From: an uncultured Succinatimonas sp.
GTDB taxonomy: Bacteria; Pseudomonadota; Gammaproteobacteria; Enterobacterales; Succinivibrionaceae
DNA length: 58,674 nucleotides
Direction: 5' to 3'
NCBI GenBank assembly: GCA_905201175.1
Contig: CAJKNC010000001.1
Span: 1 to 58,674 of the forward strand
The notes under the pieces: model-generated
The model's database searches: none
The model's input: only the letters and a program-made list of their open reading frames with translations
What the model was told of the DNA's origin: nothing
Translations under genes and position numbers: made by a program
Part shown: positions 1 through 8,438 of the stretch, in pieces
Layout of the letters: every line of letters starts with the position of its first letter
How positions within the stretch are numbered: position 1 is the first letter of the stretch

Positions 1-132
1 CATTATTTTATGAATTTTTTATTATTTAGCTAATGCTGGTATTCCTTTTTTGGAAAAGATGAAATTGTTTTAAATTTAGACAACTTTACAACTGTTTAGT
101 TTTATCCGTTATATAAATTTTATTACAAAATT

Positions 133-1065
133 TCATTTATACTTTTTCTCTACAAAGGTATTAAGTTCTTTATCTAAAACCTGCTCCCAATTGCTAGGAA
201 ATCCATTAAAAGATAAATTTACAACATCCTTGTATTCATTCATAACATGCTTAAAAAATGAATAGAATAATTTCCAATCTGCATTAGCATTCAAAATTCT
301 TTTGATTACTAAAAATACAGGAAATAATTTATTTTGCTGGCCATTTTTAGAAATATATTGATTGTTTTCTTTATATAACAAAGGAGCATGTTTTAAAGGT
401 AAATTATATAATCGGCTATAATGTGCACAAATATTTCTTATTTCAACTAATACTTTTATCCAATTTGATAAGTATTTAGGATTACATTCAAAAAATTTAG
501 ATACTTCTTTTTGATCCTCATCCTTCATTATCGAATACAGTATGCTAACATTTCCAAATGTAAAAAGCTCAACTGCTACCCATATAGGAAATTGTTCATC
601 ATACTTCTCAATATGATGTTTAACAAAAGGTTTTGATTTGTTTCTGCTTACTTCACCGTAAAAGGTATTAATCAGCTTTGAATGGTCTTTAGACACATTA
701 TCTTTAAAATTAGTTACATTCAAATAGCCTAAAGCTCCATACTTCATTGCTAAAGCATATGCGATCTGTGTTCTTAATTGAATTTCTATTTGTTCAATAA
801 TATGCATTAAGGAGTTTTTTAATACACTATCAAACTTATATAGTCTAAAGAGATGTTGTAAAGAAATACCCTCTATATACTCATCTTTATTCGATGAAAA
901 TGTTAAACCAATACCATAACCACTTAATCTATAGTAGTTGATCTTATGCAATATTTCTTTTGCTTGATTATCATCTTCAATCTGTATCTTATGGAAATTT
1001 TTTAATCTTTCTATCTGTTCTGAATATGATAAAGGACGCTTCACTGAAACCATTTTTTTAATCAA
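133..1065 (-). CDS. Abi family (AbiD/AbiF, Abi_2) HEPN ribonuclease, probable abortive-infection toxin
   Basis: ORF with Abi_2 hallmarks: N-terminal 'LSYSEQIERL', 'INYYRLSGY', 'IEQIEIQLRT', 'PIWVAVELFTFG' and a HEPN Rx4H motif 'RNICAH' (438..421). Start is TTG at 1065 or ATG at 1053. Confidence 0.88.
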   Translation of the reverse strand: MIKKMVSVKRPLSYSEQIERLKNFHKIQIEDDNQAKEILHKINYYRLSGYGIGLTFSSNKDEYIEGISLQHLFRLYKFDSVLKNSLMHIIEQIEIQLRTQIAYALAMKYGALGYLNVTNFKDNVSKDHSKLINTFYGEVSRNKSKPFVKHHIEKYDEQFPIWVAVELFTFGNVSILYSIMKDEDQKEVSKFFECNPKYLSNWIKVLVEIRNICAHYSRLYNLPLKHAPLLYKENNQYISKNGQQNKLFPVFLVIKRILNANADWKLFYSFFKHVMNEYKDVVNLSFNGFPSNWEQVLDKELNTFVEKKYK

Positions 1066-1130
1066 AAAAAAAGGCCCTTCACTGGTCCGCTATACTCTTA
1101 CGAGCAAGAAGCGCAGAAGGGCTCTACTGA
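1064..1130 (-). ncRNA. Candidate abiF-type structured RNA (antitoxin/attenuator) upstream of the Abi gene
   Basis: The minus-strand transcript reads ...AGAGCCCUUCUGCGCUUCUUGCUCGUAAGAGUAUAGCGGACCAGUGAAGGGCCUUUUUUUUU. Outer stem GCCCUUC/GAAGGGC (1122-1116 with 1080-1074), inner CGCU/AGCG pairing, then U9. It is a GC-rich island in very AT-rich DNA, between a promoter and the toxin start. Confidence 0.7.
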
Positions 1131-1135
1131 TCTGC

Positions 1136-1164
1136 ATTATAGGTGTTAAAAGAACTTTTTTCAA
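1136..1164 (-). promoter_or_regulatory. Sigma70 promoter driving the hairpin RNA and abi gene
   Basis: TTGAAA (1164-1159), 17 bp spacer, TATAAT (1141-1136) on the minus strand. Confidence 0.75.
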
Positions 1165-1634
1165 TGATTGAATATCAACCTATAAATTCCAAAAACATAA
1201 AAATTATAAATATTTTATCGAAGAATTTTTTTATTCAGCTCCAAAATTTACGATTTTTGACGCTTAATAAATAAAATGAAACACAAACAAAATAGTTAAT
1301 GTACAAAACTATTAAAGTGCATTTTGTTATAACCTGAATTAAGCTATGACTTAATTTTTAAACAAAATTGTAACCTTTATAATAAATATGTCTGTCAAAA
1401 TTTTTTTAAATTCCCTATAAAAATTTTATATTAAACAAAAACACTTTTCTGTAAATTTTATACACATAATCTTGTGCCGGTTTTACATGAACAAAACAAG
1501 TTGCTAGGAGCAAGATCCAAAATCATAATAATAAGTAAAAATTAATATTAACTCATTGAAATGCAAAGAATAACTAATGAGATGAGGATTTAAGTATTTT
1601 TTGAGAATCCAAAAAGCTTTATTTTATAGGAGGA

Positions 1635-1719
1635 TGGTGCGAAAGGAGGGACTCGAACCCTCACGCCTTGCGGTACTAGCACCTGAAGCTAGCGCGTCTA
1701 CCAATTTCGCCACTTTCGC
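1635..1719 (-). tRNA. tRNA-Leu (anticodon CAG)
   Basis: GCGAAAGTGGCGAAATTGGTAGACGCGCTAGCTTCAGGTGCTAGTACCGCAAGGCGTGAGGGTTCGAGTCCCTCCTTTCGCACCA: full cloverleaf, long variable arm, encoded CCA. Confidence 0.97.
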
Positions 1720-1721
1720 AT

Positions 1722-1798
1722 TGGTGATCCCGATGAGATTCGAACTCATGACCACCGGCTTCGGAAACCGATACTCTATCCAGCTGAGCTACGGGATC
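1722..1798 (-). tRNA. tRNA-Arg (anticodon CCG)
   Basis: GATCCCGTAGCTCAGCTGGATAGAGTATCGGTTTCCGAAGCCGGTGGTCATGAGTTCGAATCTCATCGGGATCACCA: anticodon loop TTCCGAA, encoded CCA. Confidence 0.95.
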
Positions 1799-1830
1799 AT
1801 AATTAACAACAATCTCTAAACAGAACCTGT

Positions 1831-1865
1831 GACGCATATTATATCAAGAAAAATTTTATCCGCAA
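1831..1865 (-). promoter_or_regulatory. Stable-RNA-type promoter for the tRNA pair
   Basis: TTGCGG (1865-1860), 16 bp spacer, TATAAT (1843-1838), then a GC-containing discriminator ATGCGTC. Confidence 0.6.
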
Positions 1866-1960
1866 CTAAAAATTTGTAGAATATCTAAGAGATACAATAT
1901 TATTAGATATTTATATTACATAAATAATAATTTTAAACTCCATACTCAATAAGGTTAATT

Positions 1961-2701
1961 ATGCAATTTCAAGAAAAAGATGCTTTCCGCGGAATTAGAG
2001 CTCTTTATGGAAATAATGGCTTTGAGCGTCTTCAAAAGGCTTCTGTACTAGTTATTGGAGTTGGCGGCATAGGTTCCTGGTGTGCCGAAACACTGTGCAG
2101 AAGCGGTGTTGGCTCACTAAGTTTAATTGATCCGGATATAATTGAAATTACTAATTTAAATCGTCAGCTCCATACTCTATCTACTACCTGTGGAAAATAT
2201 AAAGCTGAGGTATTGGGCGAGCGTCTAAAGCAAATAAATCCAAACTTAAATCTAAATATAGATACTAGCCTGCTAACTGTAGACAATATAGATTTAAAAT
2301 TAGAAAATTGTCCTAATTATATTTGCGAATGTATAGATGATTTAAAAGCAAAAGCTGCTGTTGTAGATTATCTTTATAAGCATAAGAAAACATTTATTGT
2401 ATCTGGGGGAGCTGGAGGCAGAATTAATCCGCAAGCTTTAAAGATAGGAGATTTAGCTGAGGCCAATGGCGACGCTCTTATTTCTAAGCTTCGTCAAGAA
2501 CTGCGCCGCAATTACGCTTATCCCAAAGGCGGAGCAAAAATGCATATAACCTGTACCTACTCTACAGAAACACCTATTTATGCTCCTAAACAAGAATACA
2601 TAAATGGTGATCTGCCTGCATTTGGAGCTTCAATGGCCGTAACAGCTTGTGCGGGGCTTAATTTAGCGGCTTGGATTATAAAGAAAATCGTTTCCTGTTA
2701 A
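1961..2701 (+). CDS. tcdA: tRNA threonylcarbamoyladenosine dehydratase (ThiF/E1-like)
   Basis: 'VLVIGVGGIGSWCAETLCRSGVG', 'ITNLNRQLH', 'SGGAGGRINP', and a C-terminal 'FGASMAVTA' typical of TcdA/CsdL. Confidence 0.88.
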   Translation: MQFQEKDAFRGIRALYGNNGFERLQKASVLVIGVGGIGSWCAETLCRSGVGSLSLIDPDIIEITNLNRQLHTLSTTCGKYKAEVLGERLKQINPNLNLNIDTSLLTVDNIDLKLENCPNYICECIDDLKAKAAVVDYLYKHKKTFIVSGGAGGRINPQALKIGDLAEANGDALISKLRQELRRNYAYPKGGAKMHITCTYSTETPIYAPKQEYINGDLPAFGASMAVTACAGLNLAAWIIKKIVSC

Positions 2702-2710
2702 GGACATTAC

Positions 2711-4498
2711 ATGTTTGATAATAACTTAGAACAAAAAATTAATTTTTTAAAAGGCAAGCTTCCAGATTATTTGCGCGCAAAAGGACTTAATCCTGCCTCT
2801 AAGTTTTATTGCATCAATCCCCAGGACCACAGCAAGCTTCCTTCCATGAGCTATGACCCTAATACCCAAACCGTAAGATGCTTTAACTGTAAAGCATCCT
2901 ACAATATTTTTGACCTCATAGGCTTTCAATATAATTTAAGCAGCTTCAAAGAACAATTCATCAAAGCCCATGAGCTTTTTTTAGGTCCAGTCAATGAATC
3001 CGTACTCATAGCTTTAAATAATTATCTGCAAAAGCCGCAATTTGAATTTGCAGATGAATTTGAAGTACAAAATGATCGTTCATATGAAGAAACAGATCAT
3101 TCCGCACCATTTAAAAATCCTTTGTTTACTAAATTACAAAAGCACGGAAAGATTCCTTCTCCTAGAGATATCTCATTTAACGGGACTGCCTCTGAACAAA
3201 ATATGATATTCAATAGAGATCGCTTCAGCTCACCCCCCGTACAAAGGATAAATAGCTTTAATAATCATTCAAGCTTATTCAATAACTTAAATAAGGACGA
3301 TTTTCGTCCGGATTTTTCTGAATATATCAATCAATGCGCAATGAATAGCTCTAATACTGATTATTTCAGACAAAGAGGAATATCCGACGAAGTTATAAAG
3401 CGCTTTAAGCTTGGCTTTGATGAACAGTGCCTAGTAGGTATCGATAAGCTTAATAACAAAATTTACTGGAAAGCAGCTATTTTGCCTTACGGAACTAAAG
3501 GATACAGAATCCGCAATACAGATCCCTATGGTAAAGAACGCTTTCGTGCAAAAGGTTTATGTGAAATATTTAATGCTCAAGCTCTAGAAATCGGCGGTAA
3601 AATTTTTATTACCGAAGGTGAATTCGATGCTTTAAGTCTCGAAAGCTTAGGTTATAGAGCTATCGCTTTAGGCGGAGTTGGCAATGTTTCAAGGCTCCTT
3701 GACCTAATTAGGACGATTAAAGGAGAATATATATTTTATATATGTCTTGATAATGATAAAAGCGGCGGCGAGGCTAGCAGAATGCTTGCCTCTGCTTTCT
3801 ATCAAATGCAGATCCCATACAAAGAAGTAAATTTAGCCTTCCCCTACAAGGATCCTAACGAGGCTCTATGTCAGGATCCTCAAAATTTTGAAATTCGTCT
3901 TAACAATTTAGACCATCTTTTAAATCTAAATTTACTTGAGGATTTAGCACCTAAAAAAAACTCACTATATATCAATTTGCCTGAAGATCTATTATCTCTT
4001 AAGCTTAGCGCCAATCTTTATACTTGGTGCGGACGTCCAATTGCTTTAAGATTACTGCTTGCTAATATCCTAAATAAGAGTCACTCTTCTCTGCTTTATC
4101 TATCTGATAGATGGCAGTGCCAAAATCTTGAAACAAAATATATACCGTTTAAAGAGAATAAAGATTATTTCCTAGAAATAAGCGGCGAAGATATACTAAA
4201 TGAAATAAAAGATAAGCTTAATGCCTGCGGAATTAAAGGCTGTTTGCCAGATATTATTATAATAGACGCTCTTACTTTCGAGCTTAAAGAAACCCTGCGT
4301 CTGGCTCGTTATTTAAATATGCTCACAAGCTCATTAAAACGGCCGATTATATTATTAGGAAATACCGATGCTTCTTCAAAGGTAGAATCTTTATCCTTAC
4401 AGAACCTTGAAATAAGCTTAACTGCTGAAGGCGATTTCAAATGCACCTCTATAAATGCTCAAGGACTTCCTATAAGCTTTATAAAAAAATTTGATTAA
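2711..4498 (+). CDS. Zn-finger + TOPRIM primase-like protein with a degenerate C-terminal RecA/DnaB-like domain
   Basis: CHC2-like 'CINPQDH...PSMSYD...RCFNC...IFDL'; 'DYFRQRGISDEVIKRFKLGF'; TOPRIM 'IFITEGEFDALSL' and 'ICLDNDKSG'; 'KDPNE'. The C-terminal region has a Walker-B-like 'DIIIIDAL' but no GKT/S. Confidence 0.75.
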   Translation: MFDNNLEQKINFLKGKLPDYLRAKGLNPASKFYCINPQDHSKLPSMSYDPNTQTVRCFNCKASYNIFDLIGFQYNLSSFKEQFIKAHELFLGPVNESVLIALNNYLQKPQFEFADEFEVQNDRSYEETDHSAPFKNPLFTKLQKHGKIPSPRDISFNGTASEQNMIFNRDRFSSPPVQRINSFNNHSSLFNNLNKDDFRPDFSEYINQCAMNSSNTDYFRQRGISDEVIKRFKLGFDEQCLVGIDKLNNKIYWKAAILPYGTKGYRIRNTDPYGKERFRAKGLCEIFNAQALEIGGKIFITEGEFDALSLESLGYRAIALGGVGNVSRLLDLIRTIKGEYIFYICLDNDKSGGEASRMLASAFYQMQIPYKEVNLAFPYKDPNEALCQDPQNFEIRLNNLDHLLNLNLLEDLAPKKNSLYINLPEDLLSLKLSANLYTWCGRPIALRLLLANILNKSHSSLLYLSDRWQCQNLETKYIPFKENKDYFLEISGEDILNEIKDKLNACGIKGCLPDIIIIDALTFELKETLRLARYLNMLTSSLKRPIILLGNTDASSKVESLSLQNLEISLTAEGDFKCTSINAQGLPISFIKKFD

Positions 4499-4742
4499 AT
4501 TTAATAAATTAATATTGATTAGCCTAATCTTAATAGCACTCGCTTTTTATATTTACTTATAAAACTATTCAGATTCAGCTAAAATTCAATTTAACTTACA
4601 GTATGTCAATTAAAAATTTTAATAATTAAGATTATTTAACTCTGATTTCAGCATTATCAGATGAGCTCTATTTAAAATTTAAAAAGGAGAGCGGTGTTTC
4701 TGCCTGTGTCTAAAAAGCATTGGTGTTTTGCGCCCAAATTTG

Positions 4743-6767
4743 ATGAAACTTAATCAAAATCAGCAAGAAGCCGTTGATTATATTGACGGCCCTACCTTAG
4801 TTTTAGCCGGAGCTGGCTCAGGCAAAACCCGTGTTATTACTACTAAAATAGTAAGTCTTATCAAAAATCATAACTATTTGCCTGAAACAATCTGCGCTTT
4901 AACCTTTACAAATAAAGCAGCTGCTGAAATGCGCGAACGTATTACAGCAGAAATAGGCTCAGACATGGCAAAAAGGCTGACCGTTTGTACCTTTCATTCC
5001 CTAGGCTTAAATATTTTAAAAAAAGAGCATTTACATTTTGGTTTAGGCACAAATTTTTCTCTTTTTGATCAATTTGACACCTTTAAAATCGTTCGTGACA
5101 TCATCAGAGAACATCATCCTATTTTAACTGTGGATGACAGCGAAAAAAATGCCGCTCTAGAAGCCCTAGAAAAGATTTCCATGTGGAAAGGTCAGCTTTT
5201 ATCTCCAGAAAATCTTAATCAAACTGCTGCTCATGCTCAAATATATAAACGTTATCAAGCCTATCTTAAGGCCTGCAATGCAGTTGATTTTGAAGATCTG
5301 ATCTTTTTACCATCACTGCTTTTAAAGACCGATGCTGATGCTAGAGAAAGATGGAATAAATATTTTAAATACGTTTTAGTTGATGAATACCAAGATACAA
5401 ATGAGACTCAATACCAGCTATTATGCATCTTAACTGAGGTTTATAAACGTTTTACTGTAGTTGGAGATGACGATCAATCCATATATTCTTGGAGAGGCGC
5501 TCGTCCAGAAAATATAAAAACCTTAAGTATTGATTTTAAAAATCTTAAGGTAATTAAACTACAAGAAAATTATCGCTCTACTCCAAATATTTTAAACTGT
5601 GCTAATGCTTTAATTTCACATAACCCCCATCTTTATTCAAAACATCTATACTCTCATCAGTTTGACGAAGGAAGCCTAATTAGAGTGATTTCTCTTGAAG
5701 ACGAAAACGCCGAAAGCGAACGTGTAGCTTCAGAAATCTTGGGCAATCAATATCTAACAAAGCGTAAATGGTCTGATTATGCTGTACTTTATCGCAGTAA
5801 TTTTCAATCTAGATCTCTAGAAAAAGCCTTTCATGAATCTCGTATCCCTTGCGTTATTACTGGCGGTACAAGCTTTTTTGAACAAAGCGAAATCAAAGAT
5901 CTGCTTGCATGGTTTAGGCTTTTATGCAATCCTCATGATGATGCGGCTTTACTTAGGATTATAAATGTACCCAGACGCGGTATAGGCGAAGCTGCTATAG
6001 CCACGCTAACAAAAGCAGCTAAGCTGACTGGAAAATCAATTTTTCATAGCGCCTTAAACCCGGCAGTAACAAAAGATCTCCACACCAAGCAGCAAGCAGC
6101 CCTTGGAGATTTTATGCGGGTATTTATACGGCTGCAGTCTAAAATCAACACTGATAAAGGTTTATGGCTCACAGAGCATATTCTAGATGAGCTTAAATAT
6201 GAAGAATATCTGCGCAGCAATTCCGAAAGCCGCATGGCTATAGAAGCAAAAATAAAAAATGTTAAGCAGCTGCTTTCATGGATACAAAAACTTATTGTCG
6301 GCAAACGCAATGAAAAGGGATTAACCTTTATCGAAGCTATAGACAGATTAGGCTTACGCGAAATGCTTGACCGTCAGGATGATAACTCAAATAACGATGC
6401 TGTTCAGCTTATGACGCTTCATGCCGCTAAGGGTTTGGAGTTCTCAATGGTTGTCTTAGTCGGCATGGAAGAAGGAATTCTGCCTCATAAATCAAGTATT
6501 GATTTACCTCATGGCATTGAAGAAGAACGCCGCTTAGCCTATGTAGGATTAACTAGGGCTCGAGAAGACCTAATTATTACCTACTGCAAAAAACGGCATA
6601 ATAAAAACATCTTAGAAGACATTAAGCATCAGGGCCCCAGCCGCTTTTTAGAAGAGCTTCCAGCGGAACTTCTGGATAGAAGCAATTTACCTAGTAAATC
6701 TCAGGAGGCTCAAAAATTCAGCTCTATAGATACTGCTTTAGAAGATCTTTTGAAAGCTTTTTCCTAA
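4743..6767 (+). CDS. rep: ATP-dependent DNA helicase Rep (SF1A)
   Basis: 'LVLAGAGSGKTRVIT', 'TFTNKAAAEMRER', 'LVDEYQDTN', 'VGDDDQSIYSWRGA', 'MTLHAAKGLEF', 'EEERRLAYVG'. Adjacent to ilvC as in enterobacteria. ATG at 4743 preferred over TTG at 4728. Confidence 0.9.
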   Translation: MKLNQNQQEAVDYIDGPTLVLAGAGSGKTRVITTKIVSLIKNHNYLPETICALTFTNKAAAEMRERITAEIGSDMAKRLTVCTFHSLGLNILKKEHLHFGLGTNFSLFDQFDTFKIVRDIIREHHPILTVDDSEKNAALEALEKISMWKGQLLSPENLNQTAAHAQIYKRYQAYLKACNAVDFEDLIFLPSLLLKTDADARERWNKYFKYVLVDEYQDTNETQYQLLCILTEVYKRFTVVGDDDQSIYSWRGARPENIKTLSIDFKNLKVIKLQENYRSTPNILNCANALISHNPHLYSKHLYSHQFDEGSLIRVISLEDENAESERVASEILGNQYLTKRKWSDYAVLYRSNFQSRSLEKAFHESRIPCVITGGTSFFEQSEIKDLLAWFRLLCNPHDDAALLRIINVPRRGIGEAAIATLTKAAKLTGKSIFHSALNPAVTKDLHTKQQAALGDFMRVFIRLQSKINTDKGLWLTEHILDELKYEEYLRSNSESRMAIEAKIKNVKQLLSWIQKLIVGKRNEKGLTFIEAIDRLGLREMLDRQDDNSNNDAVQLMTLHAAKGLEFSMVVLVGMEEGILPHKSSIDLPHGIEEERRLAYVGLTRAREDLIITYCKKRHNKNILEDIKHQGPSRFLEELPAELLDRSNLPSKSQEAQKFSSIDTALEDLLKAFS

Positions 6768-6796
6768 AAAAATGGCGGTATAAACCGCCATTTATT
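6766..6796. terminator. Bidirectional intrinsic terminator between rep and ilvC
   Basis: AAATGGCGGT-ataa-ACCGCCATTT (6770-6793) flanked by A and T runs. Confidence 0.8.
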
Positions 6797-6816
6797 AGAT
6801 AAAACCGAGAACTGAA

Positions 6817-8301
6817 TTAGTTATTGCCTACAGTGATTTCTTTCATGTCAGACATGTAAGCACGAAGCTTGCGGCCTACAACCTCGATCGGATGATTGCG
6901 GATGCAGTCATTGATGCGAATAAGCTCAACGTTATCAACACAGTTGTCGCCCTCTAAGCCCTTACCAAAGACATCTAAAGAGGTCTTCTCCATAAAGTCC
7001 TTTAAGAGAGGAATTGCAGCATTAGCAAATAAGTAGTTACCATATTCAGCAGTATCAGAAATAACTACATTCATCTCGTATAAACGACGACGAGCAATAG
7101 TATTGGCAATTAACGGCAGCTCATGCAAAGACTCATAGTAAGCAGACTCAGGGTAAATGCCAGACTTAGTCATGGTCTCAAAAGCTAACTCGATACCAGC
7201 CTTAGCAAAAGCAATCATTAAAATACCCTTATCAAAGTACTCTTGCTCAGTGATCTTGCAATCGCAAGCAGGAGCATTCTCAAAAGCGCACTTAGCGAAA
7301 TTTTCACGCCAGGTATGGAGCTTGACATCACCATTAGCCCAGTCTTCCATCATAATGCGAGAGAACTCACCGCTTTCAATATCATCCATGTGCTTTAAGT
7401 AAAGATCCTTCATTAAGGATTTAAGCTCTTCAGCTAAATAGAAAGCCTTAATCTTAGCAGGATTAGATAGACGATCCATCATATTGGTAATACCGCCCTG
7501 CTTTAATGCCTCGCAAACAGTTTCCCAGCCATATTGCAAGAGCTTGCAAGCGTAAGCCTTATCTAAGCCTAAAGCTACAGCATGGTCATAACACAAGATG
7601 GTAGCAGCCTGTAAAACACCGCAAAGAATGGTCTGCTCACCCATAAGGTCGGACTTAACCTCAGCTACGAATGAAGAACGCAGACAGCCGGCACGATCAC
7701 CGCCTAAACCTGCAGCCCAAGCTTTTGCATATGCCCATCCCTCGCCATTAGGATCATTCTCAGGATGAACGGCTAATAGGGTCGGTGTACCGAAACCACG
7801 ACGATACTCTTCACGAACCTCAGTACCAGGGGCCTTCGGAGCAACCATAACGACAGTTAAGTCCTTACGGATCTGCATGCCTAACTCAACAATATTGAAG
7901 CCATGAGAATAACCAATGCAGGCACCAGCTTTCATTAAAGGCTGAATAGCATTGATAACATTTTCATGCTGCTTATCTGGAGTTAAGTTGATAACTAAAT
8001 CTGCAGTAGGAATTAACTGCTCATAATTGCCTACCTTAAAGCCATTTTCAGTAGCACGCTTAAAAGAAGCACGCTTCTCTGCGATAGCTGAATCACGCAA
8101 AGCATAGCTAACATCTAAGCCGGAATCACGTAAATTTAAACCCTGATTTAAGCCTTGAGCGCCGCAGCCGACGATAACTACTTTCTTACCCTTTAAGAAA
8201 TTGCAGCCATCTGCAAACTCGCTGCGGGCCATAAGTTCACAGCAACCTAACTGAGCTAACTTTTGACGTAAATTTAAAGTATTAAAGTAATTGATGCCCA
8301 T
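6817..8301 (-). CDS. ilvC: Ketol-acid reductoisomerase (long, class II form)
   Basis: '[16 protein letters not shown]', '[14 protein letters not shown]', '[19 protein letters not shown]', '[17 protein letters not shown]'. Confidence 0.97.
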   Translation of the reverse strand: MGINYFNTLNLRQKLAQLGCCELMARSEFADGCNFLKGKKVVIVGCGAQGLNQGLNLRDSGLDVSYALRDSAIAEKRASFKRATENGFKVGNYEQLIPTADLVINLTPDKQHENVINAIQPLMKAGACIGYSHGFNIVELGMQIRKDLTVVMVAPKAPGTEVREEYRRGFGTPTLLAVHPENDPNGEGWAYAKAWAAGLGGDRAGCLRSSFVAEVKSDLMGEQTILCGVLQAATILCYDHAVALGLDKAYACKLLQYGWETVCEALKQGGITNMMDRLSNPAKIKAFYLAEELKSLMKDLYLKHMDDIESGEFSRIMMEDWANGDVKLHTWRENFAKCAFENAPACDCKITEQEYFDKGILMIAFAKAGIELAFETMTKSGIYPESAYYESLHELPLIANTIARRRLYEMNVVISDTAEYGNYLFANAAIPLLKDFMEKTSLDVFGKGLEGDNCVDNVELIRINDCIRNHPIEVVGRKLRAYMSDMKEITVGNN

Positions 8302-8397
8302 TTTGCATTCATCCTAAATTAACAAAAATTTATAACTGTTATGTGATGCTTTTAATAATAGCAGAAATTTTATAAAATGGCATATAATTTATTGTAT

Positions 8398-8414
8398 ATT
8401 GCAATTTTTGCAAT
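8398..8414. promoter_or_regulatory. IlvY operator (O1-like) in the divergent ilvC-ilvY region
   Basis: Dyad ATTGCAATTTTTGCAAT. Its reverse complement core TTGCAAAAATTGCAA matches the E. coli IlvY O1 core as I recall it, and it fits the LysR T-N11-A pattern. Confidence 0.75.
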
Positions 8415-8438
8415 AAATCACATTTTTAGGACATTGCT

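Noticed and set aside
1060..1634. Possible CRISPR-like or tandem antitoxin repeat array next to the HEPN gene
   Set aside because: Only one hairpin unit is present. I found no repeated units with spacers here or elsewhere in the window.
1601..1819. 72-aa plus-strand ORF
   Set aside because: It is the antisense reading of the two tRNA genes.
2711..4498. Calling this gene dnaG
   Set aside because: It lacks the rpsU/rpoD context, the typical DnaG 'KYLNSPET' motif and the helical DnaB-binding tail.
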